A stretch of DNA of 64,000 bases from an uncultured Candidatus Saccharibacteria bacterium (GCA_964469405.1 CAYXYP010000004.1:7717-71716), one strand, 5' to 3'; shown: positions 27,651 to 37,871, counted from the first letter of the stretch. A program made the numbers and translations. Notes: a model not told the origin generated them from the letters alone.

Positions 27651-27920
27651 ATGAATGAAAAAGAGCAGTACTCGGCACTCATAAGCGAGATCATCAAGAA
27701 ACAATCGCTAATTCTGGGGCCTGAAATAGCAATACTGAAGGCACGCAGTGTCCCCGGTCTCATGGTCGATAATGATGGCAAGGTGACTGGAGTTGGTGAA
27801 AATCCAAAAGATACACTTCAGAACCTTGTCGATCAGTACGTCGAACTTTCCGGTCTCATCGTCAAGAATGCTCTCGGCTCTATCTTCGCGAAGTACCCGA
27901 ATATCGAATTAAATAAATAA
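27651..27920 (+). CDS. hypothetical 89-aa protein
   Basis: It is an ORF of plausible context with no recognisable motif. Confidence 0.4.
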   Translation: MNEKEQYSALISEIIKKQSLILGPEIAILKARSVPGLMVDNDGKVTGVGENPKDTLQNLVDQYVELSGLIVKNALGSIFAKYPNIELNK

Positions 27921-27923
27921 AAT

Positions 27924-28658
27924 ATGAGCGCAGACACATTAATTACAACTGGGTATTACCTATCTTCTGTCGGGTTTCTTGCCGCCTTTATTACTATGGG
28001 TGTAGCGGTTCAGAAGTTCGGAAAGTCCAGTCTCGCGTCTATTTTCTACTATCTGTTCATCGGAACGGGTATATTCTTCGTCATTACTGTTTTCCAGAAG
28101 CTCGGAGGAGATTTCTTCGGAATTGGAGATACATCGATGGATTTTTGGTGGCACCTCATGTTCTATATGGCGTTCTTCTTTTATTTCCAGGGTATCAAAT
28201 TACTCGTTAATCTGGGAAATGCCGATGCACAGCAGAATCAGATGGCTCAGATTGATGGGGAACGGAAGTGGGGGGTGGGGGCGCTGCTTGTCTTAGTAGT
28301 AGTATTTATTATCCCAAAATTTGCTGACGGTATAGTTACGGCATACATGTCGTCACCGTTTGCGGACTTTGGACTGCATCATTTCCTTGCGTTCGCTGTT
28401 GCGGCCGCTGTCGGTTTCTATCTGCTGCACGCTGAAAAGAATCTTGGTCAGATAGGGAAGGCTATTGCGAATCCGATGATTGTGGCAATGTGGGCATTTG
28501 CCGGGCAACACTTTTGGGAATTGTTGGTCGAAAGTTGGAAAGTTATACAGGTGACAAGCGAAACGGGCGAAGGTGTCGAAAAAATCTTCTTGGTCATAGC
28601 AGCAATCAGTATTACTTATGCTGCATGGCGGCTCAACTCTTTCGCTAAGGCGTCATAA
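27924..28658 (+). CDS. hypothetical polytopic membrane protein
   Basis: The 244-aa ORF has about 7 TM helices. It lies immediately upstream of a histidine kinase gene. Confidence 0.5.
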   Translation: MSADTLITTGYYLSSVGFLAAFITMGVAVQKFGKSSLASIFYYLFIGTGIFFVITVFQKLGGDFFGIGDTSMDFWWHLMFYMAFFFYFQGIKLLVNLGNADAQQNQMAQIDGERKWGVGALLVLVVVFIIPKFADGIVTAYMSSPFADFGLHHFLAFAVAAAVGFYLLHAEKNLGQIGKAIANPMIVAMWAFAGQHFWELLVESWKVIQVTSETGEGVEKIFLVIAAISITYAAWRLNSFAKAS

Positions 28659-28685
28659 CATCAAAACTGTGGAGGCATATCACCC

Positions 28686-30443
28686 ATGATAACTATCGCG
28701 TCCATAGTTATCGCATGTGCCGCCGTTGCAGTAAGTGTGTATCTCGGAATCAAAGATTACAAAGCAAAAGGAATACTCGAGAAGAGGGAGAAGGATGTGA
28801 GTCGTAGGATGTATGAGCTCGCTATTCTTAAAGAGCTCGGTGACCGCATCGGTTATTCGCTGGACGTCCAGCAAATAATCGACATCATCACGAATTCCCT
28901 ACATCAATTCATAGAATATTCGGCCGTCTCCTACATGTTGCTCGAACCGGAGAAGGTCATATTTAAGATGCATTTGGAAAATTCTGTGCATCGAAGGTTC
29001 GTAAACGACGTGCGGGATAGAATGCTCGGTTCGCTTGGAGCTCTGCTCGATCGAGAATTTGATAAGAAAAATGTAGAGGAAATCCTTTCGGGGGCGATCA
29101 TCATCGAAGAATTGGAAGAGCCGGTGCGATCATTCTTCAACATTCCTTTGGTTATCGACGAAAAAGTAGTCGGCGTATTGACGGTCGCTGATACGAAAGA
29201 GGGTTTGTACAAGGAAGAAGAAATGACCATCTTGTACAAGATTATTCAGCAAGCATCGAAGGCGGTGACGAGTCTACAGGGAGTCGTAAAGACGGAACAG
29301 GAAAAGGTGAATGCGATGGTCGAGAGTATGGAGGATGGTGTCGTGATGACTGACGCTGATTATCGCATTTTGGTCATTAATCCCGCAGCGAAACGGGTCA
29401 TTGGGCAGGAAAAGAAGACAGACATAACAATCTTCGATTTCATAGATAATCTGGGTGGGAAAATGGATATCCGTGGACGACTTGAGGAAAGCGTGAAGCT
29501 GAAGAAGACCTATGCGTCAGAGCGATTTCAAATGAGAGAAAAATTTTACCAATCGTTTGTTTTTCCGGTGAAAACCATGTCAGTCTTGAACGAGGGCGAT
29601 GTGCTTGGTGGCGTTGTCATTTTCCATGACGTGACGCGTGAAGTAGAGCTGGAGCGTGTGCGGGACGACTTCACGTCAATGATCGTCCACGAGCTGCGAA
29701 CGCCGCTCAGTGGCATTCAGAAGGCGAGCGAACTCTTACAAACGCCTACCAAGAAGAAAAAAGTGGCAACAAAGCAATACGTCGACATCATTTATCAGAA
29801 TTCTTCCTCAATGCTGGATCTTGTAAATGATATTTTGGATGCTGCGAAATTGCAGGCCGGCAAATTTGAAATCAATCGTGAATCGGCAAATATTACGGAC
29901 GTTATAGAGAACAGAGTTTCTTTCTTTAATATATCGGCGGCTGAAAAGAAGATTCGTTTCGTGGTAGCGGTGAGCGATGATGTACCAAAAGATGTCCATT
30001 TTGATATTCAGAGAATTAAGCAAGTTCTTAATAATCTTATCTCGAATGCCCTTAAGTTTACTGCTGCAGGAGGTTCGGTTTCGGTCGTCGCCTTTATGCA
30101 TGAAGTAGGTATATCGGTAAATATGGAAATAGATAAAATGGGCGTATCGTTGCCAGAACCTCTTTCGGAAGAACAGTTTGTGACCTTACCGAAATCGCTT
30201 GTCGTCGCGGTTGTTGACACTGGTGTGGGAATTTCGGCTGCAAATATCCCAGTTCTTTTCAGTAAGTTCAAACAACTTGATAACAAAGCAATCGTTCCGA
30301 GCATTAGGGGGACCGGATTGGGACTTGCAATTGCCCGGGGTATACTAGAGGGGCATGGTGGGGTTGTGGGCGTCGTGTCCAAGATGGATGCGGGAAGTGC
30401 GTTTTATTTCGCGCTACCGCTCACGAAACAAGAGCTACAATAA
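28686..30443 (+). CDS. sensor histidine kinase (TM anchor, GAF/PAS-like region, HisKA, HATPase_c with an insertion)
   Basis: The H-box is MIVHELRTPLSGI. The N/G boxes are LNNLISNALKFT...DTGVGIS...GTGLGLAIARGILEGHGG. Confidence 0.8.
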   Translation: MITIASIVIACAAVAVSVYLGIKDYKAKGILEKREKDVSRRMYELAILKELGDRIGYSLDVQQIIDIITNSLHQFIEYSAVSYMLLEPEKVIFKMHLENSVHRRFVNDVRDRMLGSLGALLDREFDKKNVEEILSGAIIIEELEEPVRSFFNIPLVIDEKVVGVLTVADTKEGLYKEEEMTILYKIIQQASKAVTSLQGVVKTEQEKVNAMVESMEDGVVMTDADYRILVINPAAKRVIGQEKKTDITIFDFIDNLGGKMDIRGRLEESVKLKKTYASERFQMREKFYQSFVFPVKTMSVLNEGDVLGGVVIFHDVTREVELERVRDDFTSMIVHELRTPLSGIQKASELLQTPTKKKKVATKQYVDIIYQNSSSMLDLVNDILDAAKLQAGKFEINRESANITDVIENRVSFFNISAAEKKIRFVVAVSDDVPKDVHFDIQRIKQVLNNLISNALKFTAAGGSVSVVAFMHEVGISVNMEIDKMGVSLPEPLSEEQFVTLPKSLVVAVVDTGVGISAANIPVLFSKFKQLDNKAIVPSIRGTGLGLAIARGILEGHGGVVGVVSKMDAGSAFYFALPLTKQELQ

Positions 30444-30457
30444 TATATACATACCAT

Positions 30458-30826
30458 ATGAAGAATATACTGGTGATAGATGATGATATGACTTTTGTGG
30501 CGATGATGAAGGCATCGCTTGATCCAATAGAATATTCGGTTACCTCTGCGGGGAATGGCATAGAGGGCCTGGAAGCCATGGAAGAATCTGTACCCAATCT
30601 CATATTGCTCGATATCATGATGCCGAAAATGGGTGGTATCGAGTTTCTCAAAAAAGTGAATGAAAAATACGGTGAGGGGAATATTCCCGTTCTCATTACT
30701 TCAAATGTTTCGTCCCTGGATAAGATTAGTGAGGGAATATCGCTGGGCGTTCGCGGGTATTTTGTAAAATCTGACGAGTCATTGGAGGGGATCGGTAAAA
30801 TAATCAGCGACGTGTTCAAGAAATAG
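30458..30826 (+). CDS. stand-alone response-regulator receiver (CheY-like)
   Basis: VIDDDMTF...LILLDIMMPKMGG...ITSNV is present. The phospho-acceptor Asp lies in LLDIMMP. There is no output domain. Confidence 0.8.
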   Translation: MKNILVIDDDMTFVAMMKASLDPIEYSVTSAGNGIEGLEAMEESVPNLILLDIMMPKMGGIEFLKKVNEKYGEGNIPVLITSNVSSLDKISEGISLGVRGYFVKSDESLEGIGKIISDVFKK

Positions 30827-30883
30827 CCATTCAATAGCTAGGTTTTTATAAACAAGAATCGTTGATTGGGAGATTTGCAATCT

Positions 30884-31639
30884 CTAGGCTGCAAGTCCGA
30901 TTTTTGATAGGAATGTCGTAAGCTCTTCTCCTTCGATTGCTCGCCATGCTCCCGGTTTAAGGTTTTCGAGCCGGATGTTTAGTATGCGCGTGCGCTCCAA
31001 GTCGACGACGGTGTTATGCATTGCCGAGACCATTCGGCGTATCTGATGCTTCTTGCCCTCGGTGAGCGTAATGTTGAAGCTCTTTGGGCCAGTTTTTCGT
31101 ACGGTACAGTGTTTCGTCAGGTACCCCTCAATATCGACACCCGCCTCCATGGTTTTCTTAAAACTATCACGGATTGAATCCTGCGTTCGTACGCGGTATT
31201 CCTTGTCGTGGTCGTACTCCGGATTTAGGAGTCTGTCGGTCACGCGGCCGTCGTTTGTGAGAATGATCAGGCCGCTCGAATCCTTGTCGAGCCTTCCTAT
31301 GGGGAAAACGTCTTGCATTTCTGTCGCTGTCTCTACACTTTGCTTGATATCCTTTTCGCCGAGTTGTGGCGAGTGGGTGATGACACCAACGGGCTTGTTG
31401 TAAGCGAAATACAGGTATTTTTTCGGAGAGCGTTTGCCGCGCAACTCGACTTTGTCTCCCTCGTTGACTTTATCGCCTAACACGGCGACTTTACCATTGA
31501 GAAGTATTTTCCCTTGGATTATGAGCTCGTCCGCTCCACGGCGGGTGGAGGTACCCTGTTTCGCAAGGTATTTATTGATGCGCATCGGATACTCATCCGA
31601 GACCTTTTGTGGCGTTTTTGGCATGAAGGCACTATACAC
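30884..31639 (-). CDS. rRNA pseudouridine synthase, RsuA/RluB family (S4 domain + catalytic domain)
   Basis: The S4 domain is INKYLAKQGTSTRRGADELIIQGKILLNGK. The catalytic motif is GRLDKDSSGLIILTNDG. Confidence 0.8.
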   Translation of the reverse strand: MYSAFMPKTPQKVSDEYPMRINKYLAKQGTSTRRGADELIIQGKILLNGKVAVLGDKVNEGDKVELRGKRSPKKYLYFAYNKPVGVITHSPQLGEKDIKQSVETATEMQDVFPIGRLDKDSSGLIILTNDGRVTDRLLNPEYDHDKEYRVRTQDSIRDSFKKTMEAGVDIEGYLTKHCTVRKTGPKSFNITLTEGKKHQIRRMVSAMHNTVVDLERTRILNIRLENLKPGAWRAIEGEELTTFLSKIGLAA

Positions 31640-31673
31640 GATTTTTTCGATAGATTATTTATCCAACAAAAGA

Positions 31674-31708
31674 AATAGCCCCTGCGCACAAGGCGCAGGG
31701 GCTATTTG
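31674..31708 (-). terminator. intrinsic terminator after the M23 peptidase gene
   Basis: A perfect 15-bp stem aaatagcccctgcgc / gcgcaggggctattt has an ACAA loop. Confidence 0.7.
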
Positions 31709-31735
31709 AAAGAACTGTGGTGAGATCTGCCGCTA

Positions 31736-32452
31736 TTATGGCTGGCAGGTGGTTACAGGATAGTGCATATTGAAGCCTGGACGAAGCGGATCAGATACCC
31801 ATGCCCAATCGTACCAATAGTCCCACGTCTGCGTACTTGCTGTACCACCGAAAGGATCATAGCTCATACTTGTACCCGAGAGATCATTTATGCGGAGTTC
31901 AAAATGTAGGTGCGCTCCACTAGAGCTTCCTGAATTACCGGAAACACCGACCGTTTTCCCTCCCGGACCGCTTATGCAAGTGATCGATCCGCTGAATACG
32001 GATACCGAACTTAGGTGAGCGTAGATACTTACCATGTTGTCTGCATGCTTGATGGCAACAAATCTGCCGAAGCCTGATCCACACGGATTGCCGAGGTAGC
32101 CGCCGTTCGGGGCACAGACATTGTTTGTTGAGTACACCGTTCCTCTCGCCGAAGCGTATACGGTGGTACCGTAAGGAGCAGCGAAATCAGTTCCACGATG
32201 TCCGTCGTAGTAGAACGAGCCGGATGGAATAGTGATGTTGTCGTACCGAACATCAACACCTGTTGTCGCCGAAGCATCCTTCCAAGCGTTGATGTTGTAT
32301 GGCACGTACGCAAGCGGCAATCTATGAAGGGTTGCTGCTTGAGCCGTATCAATGCCTATCAGTGCAAAGAGTATCGCTGCACATATTGCATGAAGCATTT
32401 GGTCTCTCCTTTTTTGGGTTGTGAATTTCAACGAGCGGTGAGCACACTCCAA
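31736..32452 (-). CDS. secreted M23-family (LytM-type) metallopeptidase
   Basis: A signal peptide is present. HxxxD is seen in YDGHRGTDFAAPYGT, and HxH in SSGAHLHFE. Confidence 0.8.
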   Translation of the reverse strand: MECAHRSLKFTTQKRRDQMLHAICAAILFALIGIDTAQAATLHRLPLAYVPYNINAWKDASATTGVDVRYDNITIPSGSFYYDGHRGTDFAAPYGTTVYASARGTVYSTNNVCAPNGGYLGNPCGSGFGRFVAIKHADNMVSIYAHLSSVSVFSGSITCISGPGGKTVGVSGNSGSSSGAHLHFELRINDLSGTSMSYDPFGGTASTQTWDYWYDWAWVSDPLRPGFNMHYPVTTCQP

Positions 32453-33549
32453 ATCTTGCTAGAAACACTCTCATCGCTTGAACGCGCGAGAAGCGTATTG
32501 CCGGTACCAACTCGAAGCACATCGATTACTTTGGGGAAAGTTTGGACACTGCCCGTTTGAGTGTTAACGACCCACGTAGTGTCCTCAGCGGACAGCGCCA
32601 AAAGACGTGAGCCGGAGAGGTATTCTACGCGAGTGTAATCCATGTATGGAAGCTTCTGTATTCCCGTCGTGACAAGCTGCGGTACAGCCCCTTCCGAAAC
32701 CAAGAGTGAATACAAATCAACACGATTCTGGTTGGATGGATCACTATTCTGCAAAGCGGCTGTATTAATAGCCGCGAAATAGAGAACGTTACCATCTTCA
32801 GAGAAAGCGAGTGGTATGTATTCAGCACCGTCTGGCTTGTATGTCATCAACGTCTTGCCCGAAGCAATGGCGATGATGCTGATGCCACCAGCATCCCCGA
32901 TGCTATAGGGGATTGCATTTAAGAAGGCGAGTCTGGTTCCATCGGGAGAGAATATGGCATAGGTTGCTTTTCCCAAGACGGCGCGTTCCTCGCCTTTCAG
33001 ATCGATGATGCGAAGCATTCCGTTCTCATCGGTTGCGGTGATATAGGAACCTCCTGGGGAAAGCTTCACATAGCCTCCTCCAGTATATACACGAGTCACT
33101 TTACCGCTCGCATCGCCAAGCCATGTTGTGACGTTTGCCACGCTTTCCCGGTTTGTACCCTCTATCGTTTGGTAGAGATATTCTCCAGTCTGACGGTTCA
33201 CGTCTGCGAGACGATAGACATTGTCCGCGATGATCCGTCGCGAAACTTCCGTAGTCGTTGTCGCTCCTTCCATTGGCTTCTTCACATGCGATAGAAAAAG
33301 CGTACCTTCTCGAAAGAATGGAATGGCAATGGTTGGTGCACCCTGATCATACGTGGACAAAGCGATAGACTCTGGAGGAATCGCTTGAGCCCATCCATGC
33401 GTAGACATGGCTAGCCATATGGTGAAAGAAAGTACCACCACACTCGCAAGAACGAGTGTGGAGAATACCTTCTTCCGCTTCTGTTGAGGGCATTGTTGCA
33501 TATTCATTCGATGACTCCTTGTTTTTTGGTGAGGGATGATTCTAAACAC
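32428..33549 (-). CDS. membrane-anchored beta-propeller protein (TolB/PD40-like repeats)
   Basis: It has an N-terminal TM helix. Repeated FSPDGTRLAF / PDGAEYIPLAFSEDGNVLYF-type PD40 blades are present. Confidence 0.55.
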   Translation of the reverse strand: MFRIIPHQKTRSHRMNMQQCPQQKRKKVFSTLVLASVVVLSFTIWLAMSTHGWAQAIPPESIALSTYDQGAPTIAIPFFREGTLFLSHVKKPMEGATTTTEVSRRIIADNVYRLADVNRQTGEYLYQTIEGTNRESVANVTTWLGDASGKVTRVYTGGGYVKLSPGGSYITATDENGMLRIIDLKGEERAVLGKATYAIFSPDGTRLAFLNAIPYSIGDAGGISIIAIASGKTLMTYKPDGAEYIPLAFSEDGNVLYFAAINTAALQNSDPSNQNRVDLYSLLVSEGAVPQLVTTGIQKLPYMDYTRVEYLSGSRLLALSAEDTTWVVNTQTGSVQTFPKVIDVLRVGTGNTLLARSSDESVSSKIWSVLTAR

Positions 33550-33606
33550 TTGTGTACTGATACACGCAATCCTACATGATGATCTCCTTTTCTGTTAAAG
33601 AACAAT

Positions 33607-33659
33607 TTGCGCAACTATTGCGCAACTATTGCGCAACTATTGCGCAACTATTGCGCGAC
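33607..33659 (+). promoter_or_regulatory. tandem array of about 4.8 copies of an 11-bp unit ttgcgcaacta containing the 8-bp palindrome TTGCGCAA, in a divergent promoter region
   Basis: ttgcgcaacta is read four times exactly, followed by ttgcgcgac. It sits between the divergent starts at 33549 (minus) and 33758 (plus). Confidence 0.6.
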
Positions 33660-33757
33660 ATTAGCTACGATGTAGCCGCCGTGCGGCGTATCACATACGA
33701 TGCATCGAATCGCAGGCTCTGTTTTTCATTTCATAAGAAATGAGTTAGGGTGGATGT

Positions 33758-35302
33758 ATGGCTCGCGAAGAAAGCGTCATACGCTTTGAAGAAGTTACGT
33801 TTGAATACGGGCACAACAAACCAATCCTTGATGAGGTGGATTTTGCGTTACGCCGGGGGATGAAGATGGCGGTAATGGGCCAGAACGGTGCAGGGAAGTC
33901 GACACTATTCGCTCTGATGACTGGCGAACTTACACCAGAGTCAGGAGAGGTACATATGTCGCATGGCATGAGGGTAGCGACCGCGGCGCAAGTAATTCCG
34001 CGCGACCGCCTTGAACTCACTGTGCGTGAATTCTTCCAGAAATGCTTTACAGAGCCGATATATGACATCGACCCCCGTATCGACGAGGTACTGGAGGTCG
34101 TGAACTTAGAACACCATCAGAAGCTTCATGATCGTATCGTGAAGAGCTTCTCGGGCGGTCAGCAGGCGCGACTCCTCCTTGCCTCGGCGCTTATCCAGAA
34201 CCCCGACCTACTTCTCCTCGATGAGCCGACGAACAACCTTGATACGGCAGGCATTGAGCATCTCACGAAGTTTCTCGTCGAGTATCCGAAGACGGTCGTC
34301 GTCATCTCGCACGATGCTGATTTCTTGAATGCATTCACAACTGGCGTCCTCTATCTGGATATCTTCACGCGCAAAATCGAACAGTATCCGGGGAATTATC
34401 ATGATGTGCAGCGCGATATATTAATGCGTATCGAAAAAGAGAATCGTAAGAATGCCCAGCTCGAAAAAAAGATTCAGGAGAACAAAGATAAAGCCAACTT
34501 CTTCGCGCAGAAAGGAGGGAAGATGCGTCTCGTGGCAAAGAAGATGCGCACAGAAGTCGAAGAGATGGAGGAGGCGAAGGTGGATGTACGCAAAGAGGAT
34601 CGGACCATCCGGCCGTTCACGATTCCCGCACAAGATAATCTCGGTGGTACGGTGCTTACGCTCACGTCCTATACGGTTTTGAAGGGGAGGAAGCCGGTGA
34701 TAAAGAAAGCGAACATCTCTCTCCGGAAGAATCAACATCTACTCCTTCGCGGCCCAAATGGTATTGGGAAAAGCACGTTACTCGAGGCTATCGCACGAGG
34801 TGTCGCTGACGATTTTTTCGTTGGTAATCCGACGAGCAAAAATCGCGTCGGGAATGAGCACATTTCCGACGCCTCTCAGTCTCGAGGAAAAGTTACGTTG
34901 ACTGCTGCATCTGGGCTAAAGGTCGGTTACTACCGGCAAGATTTCTCCACGCTAGATTTTGAGCAGACTGTTTATAAGGCGCTCGAACATGCGATGGGCA
35001 AGCCAGACGAGGAGCGGTTACGCGCGACCGCTGCCGGATTTCTTCTCAGTGCAGATGTCATGCAAACAAAGATCGGGAATCTTTCTGAAGGGCAGAAGGG
35101 TCTCGTTGCTTTTGCTTCACTCGTGCTTGAGCGCCCAGGGCTTCTCATTCTCGATGAGCCGACGAATCATATAAACTTCCGTCACTTGCCCGTCATCGCG
35201 AAAGCACTCGACGCGTACGCAGGTACGATGATTCTCGTTTCCCACGTACCGGAATTTGTTACTCAAATCCGCATAGACGAAATCCTTGATCTTGAGAAAT
35301 GA
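33758..35302 (+). CDS. ABC-F family ATPase (tandem ABC domains, no TM domain)
   Basis: There are two Walker A motifs (GQNGAGKST, GPNGIGKST) and two signature/Walker B sets (LSGGQQARL...LLLDEPTNNLD, LSEGQKGLV...LILDEPTNHI). The inter-domain linker is charged. Confidence 0.85.
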   Translation: MAREESVIRFEEVTFEYGHNKPILDEVDFALRRGMKMAVMGQNGAGKSTLFALMTGELTPESGEVHMSHGMRVATAAQVIPRDRLELTVREFFQKCFTEPIYDIDPRIDEVLEVVNLEHHQKLHDRIVKSFSGGQQARLLLASALIQNPDLLLLDEPTNNLDTAGIEHLTKFLVEYPKTVVVISHDADFLNAFTTGVLYLDIFTRKIEQYPGNYHDVQRDILMRIEKENRKNAQLEKKIQENKDKANFFAQKGGKMRLVAKKMRTEVEEMEEAKVDVRKEDRTIRPFTIPAQDNLGGTVLTLTSYTVLKGRKPVIKKANISLRKNQHLLLRGPNGIGKSTLLEAIARGVADDFFVGNPTSKNRVGNEHISDASQSRGKVTLTAASGLKVGYYRQDFSTLDFEQTVYKALEHAMGKPDEERLRATAAGFLLSADVMQTKIGNLSEGQKGLVAFASLVLERPGLLILDEPTNHINFRHLPVIAKALDAYAGTMILVSHVPEFVTQIRIDEILDLEK

Positions 35303-36162
35303 ATATTTCACGCTCGCTCTCGGCCACCTTCAAAGCGAAAGATACGCTTGAAGGCGCAGGAGTGCATCTGAAGCGCGGGTTCTCAAATATCGAAGCGTCA
35401 CGCTTTGACCCGTTTCTCTTGTTTGATGATTTCAGTTCGAATATTCCGGAGCATTACCGCGCCGGATTCCCGTGGCATCCGCATCGTGGTATGGAGACGG
35501 TCACGTATATCCTCGACGGTGCAGTACGGCATAAAGACAGTCTAGGGAATGAAGGGGTGATTGAGAGTGGTGCCATTCAGTGGATGACCGCAGGTAGTGG
35601 AATCATTCATGAAGAGATGCCTGAGAGCGCGAATGGTATTCGAGGCTTTCAATTATGGGTGAATCTACCGAAGAGAAATAAGATGACGCCGCCTCGGTAT
35701 CAAGATCTCAAAGGGGCGACGGTCCCAGTGGTTGATCTCGGCTCACATGCGCGAGTGCGCGTCATTTCGGGGGAGATTTCTGGCATAGCCGGCCCGCTCA
35801 AATCGATTGCCGGAAATCCGCTGTATGCGGACATAACTCTTTTGCCGAACGGGATAGTTTCAGTTCCTGTGCCTTCAGGAGACACAGTTTTCGCCTATGT
35901 AGTCGAAGGAGCACTTGGTGTGGACGAAATCGAACCGACGTACTTTGCGCCGGGAACCATTCTACTTTTCGAGCGTCAAGGCGACGTCGTCAGTTTGCGT
36001 GCGCCCGTTATGGGCGCACGATTCCTTCTCATATCCGGCGCTCCGCTTAATGAGCCGATCGCCTGGCATGGTCCCATCGTAATGAATACAGACGAAGAGT
36101 TGCGCACGGCATTTCGAGAATTGAATGAAGGTAGTTTTCTTCGAAGAGATACTTTCCAATAA
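35299..36162 (+). CDS. pirin-family cupin protein
   Basis: HPHRGMETVTYILDG is present, along with a bicupin architecture. Confidence 0.85.
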   Translation: MNISRSLSATFKAKDTLEGAGVHLKRGFSNIEASRFDPFLLFDDFSSNIPEHYRAGFPWHPHRGMETVTYILDGAVRHKDSLGNEGVIESGAIQWMTAGSGIIHEEMPESANGIRGFQLWVNLPKRNKMTPPRYQDLKGATVPVVDLGSHARVRVISGEISGIAGPLKSIAGNPLYADITLLPNGIVSVPVPSGDTVFAYVVEGALGVDEIEPTYFAPGTILLFERQGDVVSLRAPVMGARFLLISGAPLNEPIAWHGPIVMNTDEELRTAFRELNEGSFLRRDTFQ

Positions 36163-36242
36163 GTGTTTTGAGGCGGGAGACTGTTGAAGTAATCATTAGA
36201 TTCTCGTTTTATGCGCCGAGCAGGTATAATGAACTTATTGAT

Positions 36243-37625
36243 ATGAATGATAAGAAGTTTCAAAATGAAGCCGAGCACCTATTTGAAGCGCCCGCGAAAC
36301 TTCTAGAGGAGAGTGTTGTTTTCGTGAAAAAGGAAGAGCGTACTCTAGCAAAAAAGAAACCACTCAAGCTTGCAGAGGAATATTGGGATACTCTCGGCCC
36401 TGGACTTACGACGGGTGCTGCCGATGATGATCCTTCCGGAATAGCCACGTATTCGCAGGCAGGAGCCAAGTACGGTCTGCAGCTTATCTGGCTCTCGCTC
36501 TTCACGTATCCCTTCATGGCTACGGTGCAAGAGATGTGTGCGCGCATCGGTCTCGTTTCGGGTCAGGGGCTCGCAGCGAACATTCGGAATCAATATTCCA
36601 TGAGCGTACTATATGCGGTGACCGCGCTACTCTTTTTTGCGAATGTGTTTAATATCGCTGCCGATCTCGGCGCCATGGCGGCAGCGTCGCGCCTTTTATT
36701 TCCAGGCTTCGGGTTGGAACTGCTTGTTATATTTTTTGCCCTCGTGAGCCTTGCACTCCAAATATTCACCACCTATGCGCACTATGCAAAATATTTGAAG
36801 TATTTAGCGCTCGCCCTGCTCTCGTATGCCGCAGTTGCATTTGCAGTGGGTCTTGATTGGAGCGACGTTCTCTATCACACATTCGTCCCCTCGATAACTT
36901 TTTCTAAGGATCAACTATTCCTCATCTGCGCTATTTTAGGAACCACCATTTCCCCTTATCTTTTCTTCTGGCAGACTTCTCAAGAAGTCGAAGAGAGAAT
37001 ATTGAAAGGCGAGACGACTATTGAGGCGCGCCGAGAACAGGTGAGTAAGCACTCTTTACGCCGTATGCGCACCGATGTATGGAGTGGAATGTTCTTCTCA
37101 AACCTCATCGCGTTCTTCATTTTTGCTGCGTGCGCAGGTACTTTGTATGCGAATGGCATAACAAATATTGCTACGGCAGATCAGGCAGCTCTGGCTCTTA
37201 AACCCTTTGGAGAATTTGCTTTTTTGCTCTTTGCCATTGGTATTGTCGGCACAGGGCTTCTCGCGGTACCGGTTTTAGCGGGTTCAACCGCGTATGCAAT
37301 TAGTGAAAGTTTCGGATGGAAACACGGTCTTCATCTTAAATTAAAACAGGCGTACGCGTTTTACGGAGTCATTATTGTATCGATGGTACTCGGCATTGCA
37401 GCAAATTTTGCGCATCTTGATCCCATACAGGGACTTATTTATGCCGCAGTCGCAAATGGCATCATTGCACCATTCATCCTCTTCTTTGTCGTACGCCTCT
37501 CGAGTAGTCGGAATCTTATGGGAGAATACGCAAACCGACCGCTCGTTTCATTCATCGGGTGGATTACAATCGCTATCATGGCTATTTCGGGCATTGCGGC
37601 CATTACAACTTTGTTTTGGCATTAA
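36243..37625 (+). CDS. mntH: NRAMP-family divalent-metal transporter (MntH-like)
   Basis: GPGLTTGAADDDPSGIATYSQAGAKYGLQLIWL is an NRAMP signature. About 11 TM helices are predicted. The ORF track starts at 36168; I prefer the ATG at 36243 (MNDKKF). The start is uncertain. Confidence 0.7.
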   Translation: MNDKKFQNEAEHLFEAPAKLLEESVVFVKKEERTLAKKKPLKLAEEYWDTLGPGLTTGAADDDPSGIATYSQAGAKYGLQLIWLSLFTYPFMATVQEMCARIGLVSGQGLAANIRNQYSMSVLYAVTALLFFANVFNIAADLGAMAAASRLLFPGFGLELLVIFFALVSLALQIFTTYAHYAKYLKYLALALLSYAAVAFAVGLDWSDVLYHTFVPSITFSKDQLFLICAILGTTISPYLFFWQTSQEVEERILKGETTIEARREQVSKHSLRRMRTDVWSGMFFSNLIAFFIFAACAGTLYANGITNIATADQAALALKPFGEFAFLLFAIGIVGTGLLAVPVLAGSTAYAISESFGWKHGLHLKLKQAYAFYGVIIVSMVLGIAANFAHLDPIQGLIYAAVANGIIAPFILFFVVRLSSSRNLMGEYANRPLVSFIGWITIAIMAISGIAAITTLFWH

Positions 37626-37800
37626 TCAGTGATGCAGTAATTTCATCTGAACGGGATTGGATTGTCTGAATGGGATGTGTTTGGTAGTGTGTCAATACCG
37701 AGTCGGGCGAATCGCCGTAGTAAGCGTTCCTTGCACGCTTTCCCTCGGCTCGCTCGGAGTACATACGTATACGAAGACGTACACATATGTCTCCTCACTC

Positions 37801-37871
37801 GCCGGTGTAGTTCAATGGTAGAACGAAGGACTCATAAGCCTTAGACAGTGGTTCGATTCCACTCATCGGCA
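37801..37871 (+). tRNA. tRNA-Met (anticodon CAT); elongator type, or tRNA-Ile2 if lysidinylated
   Basis: The cloverleaf is acceptor GCCGGTG/CATCGGC (one G-U), D arm GTTC-AATGGTA-GAAC, anticodon loop CTCATAA, and T arm AGTGG-TTCGATT-CCACT. The 1:72 base pair is G-C, so it is not an initiator. The 3' CCA is not encoded. Confidence 0.8.

Noticed and set aside
33607-33659. Possible CRISPR array
   Set aside because: The repeats are 11 bp with no unique spacers. This is a simple tandem array of a palindromic motif, not a CRISPR.
36168-36242. Longer start for the NRAMP gene at 36168
   Set aside because: It is possible, but it adds 25 non-conserved residues and begins 5 nt after the pirin stop. The ATG at 36243 gives a conventional N-terminus. 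The start is flagged as uncertain rather than excluded.
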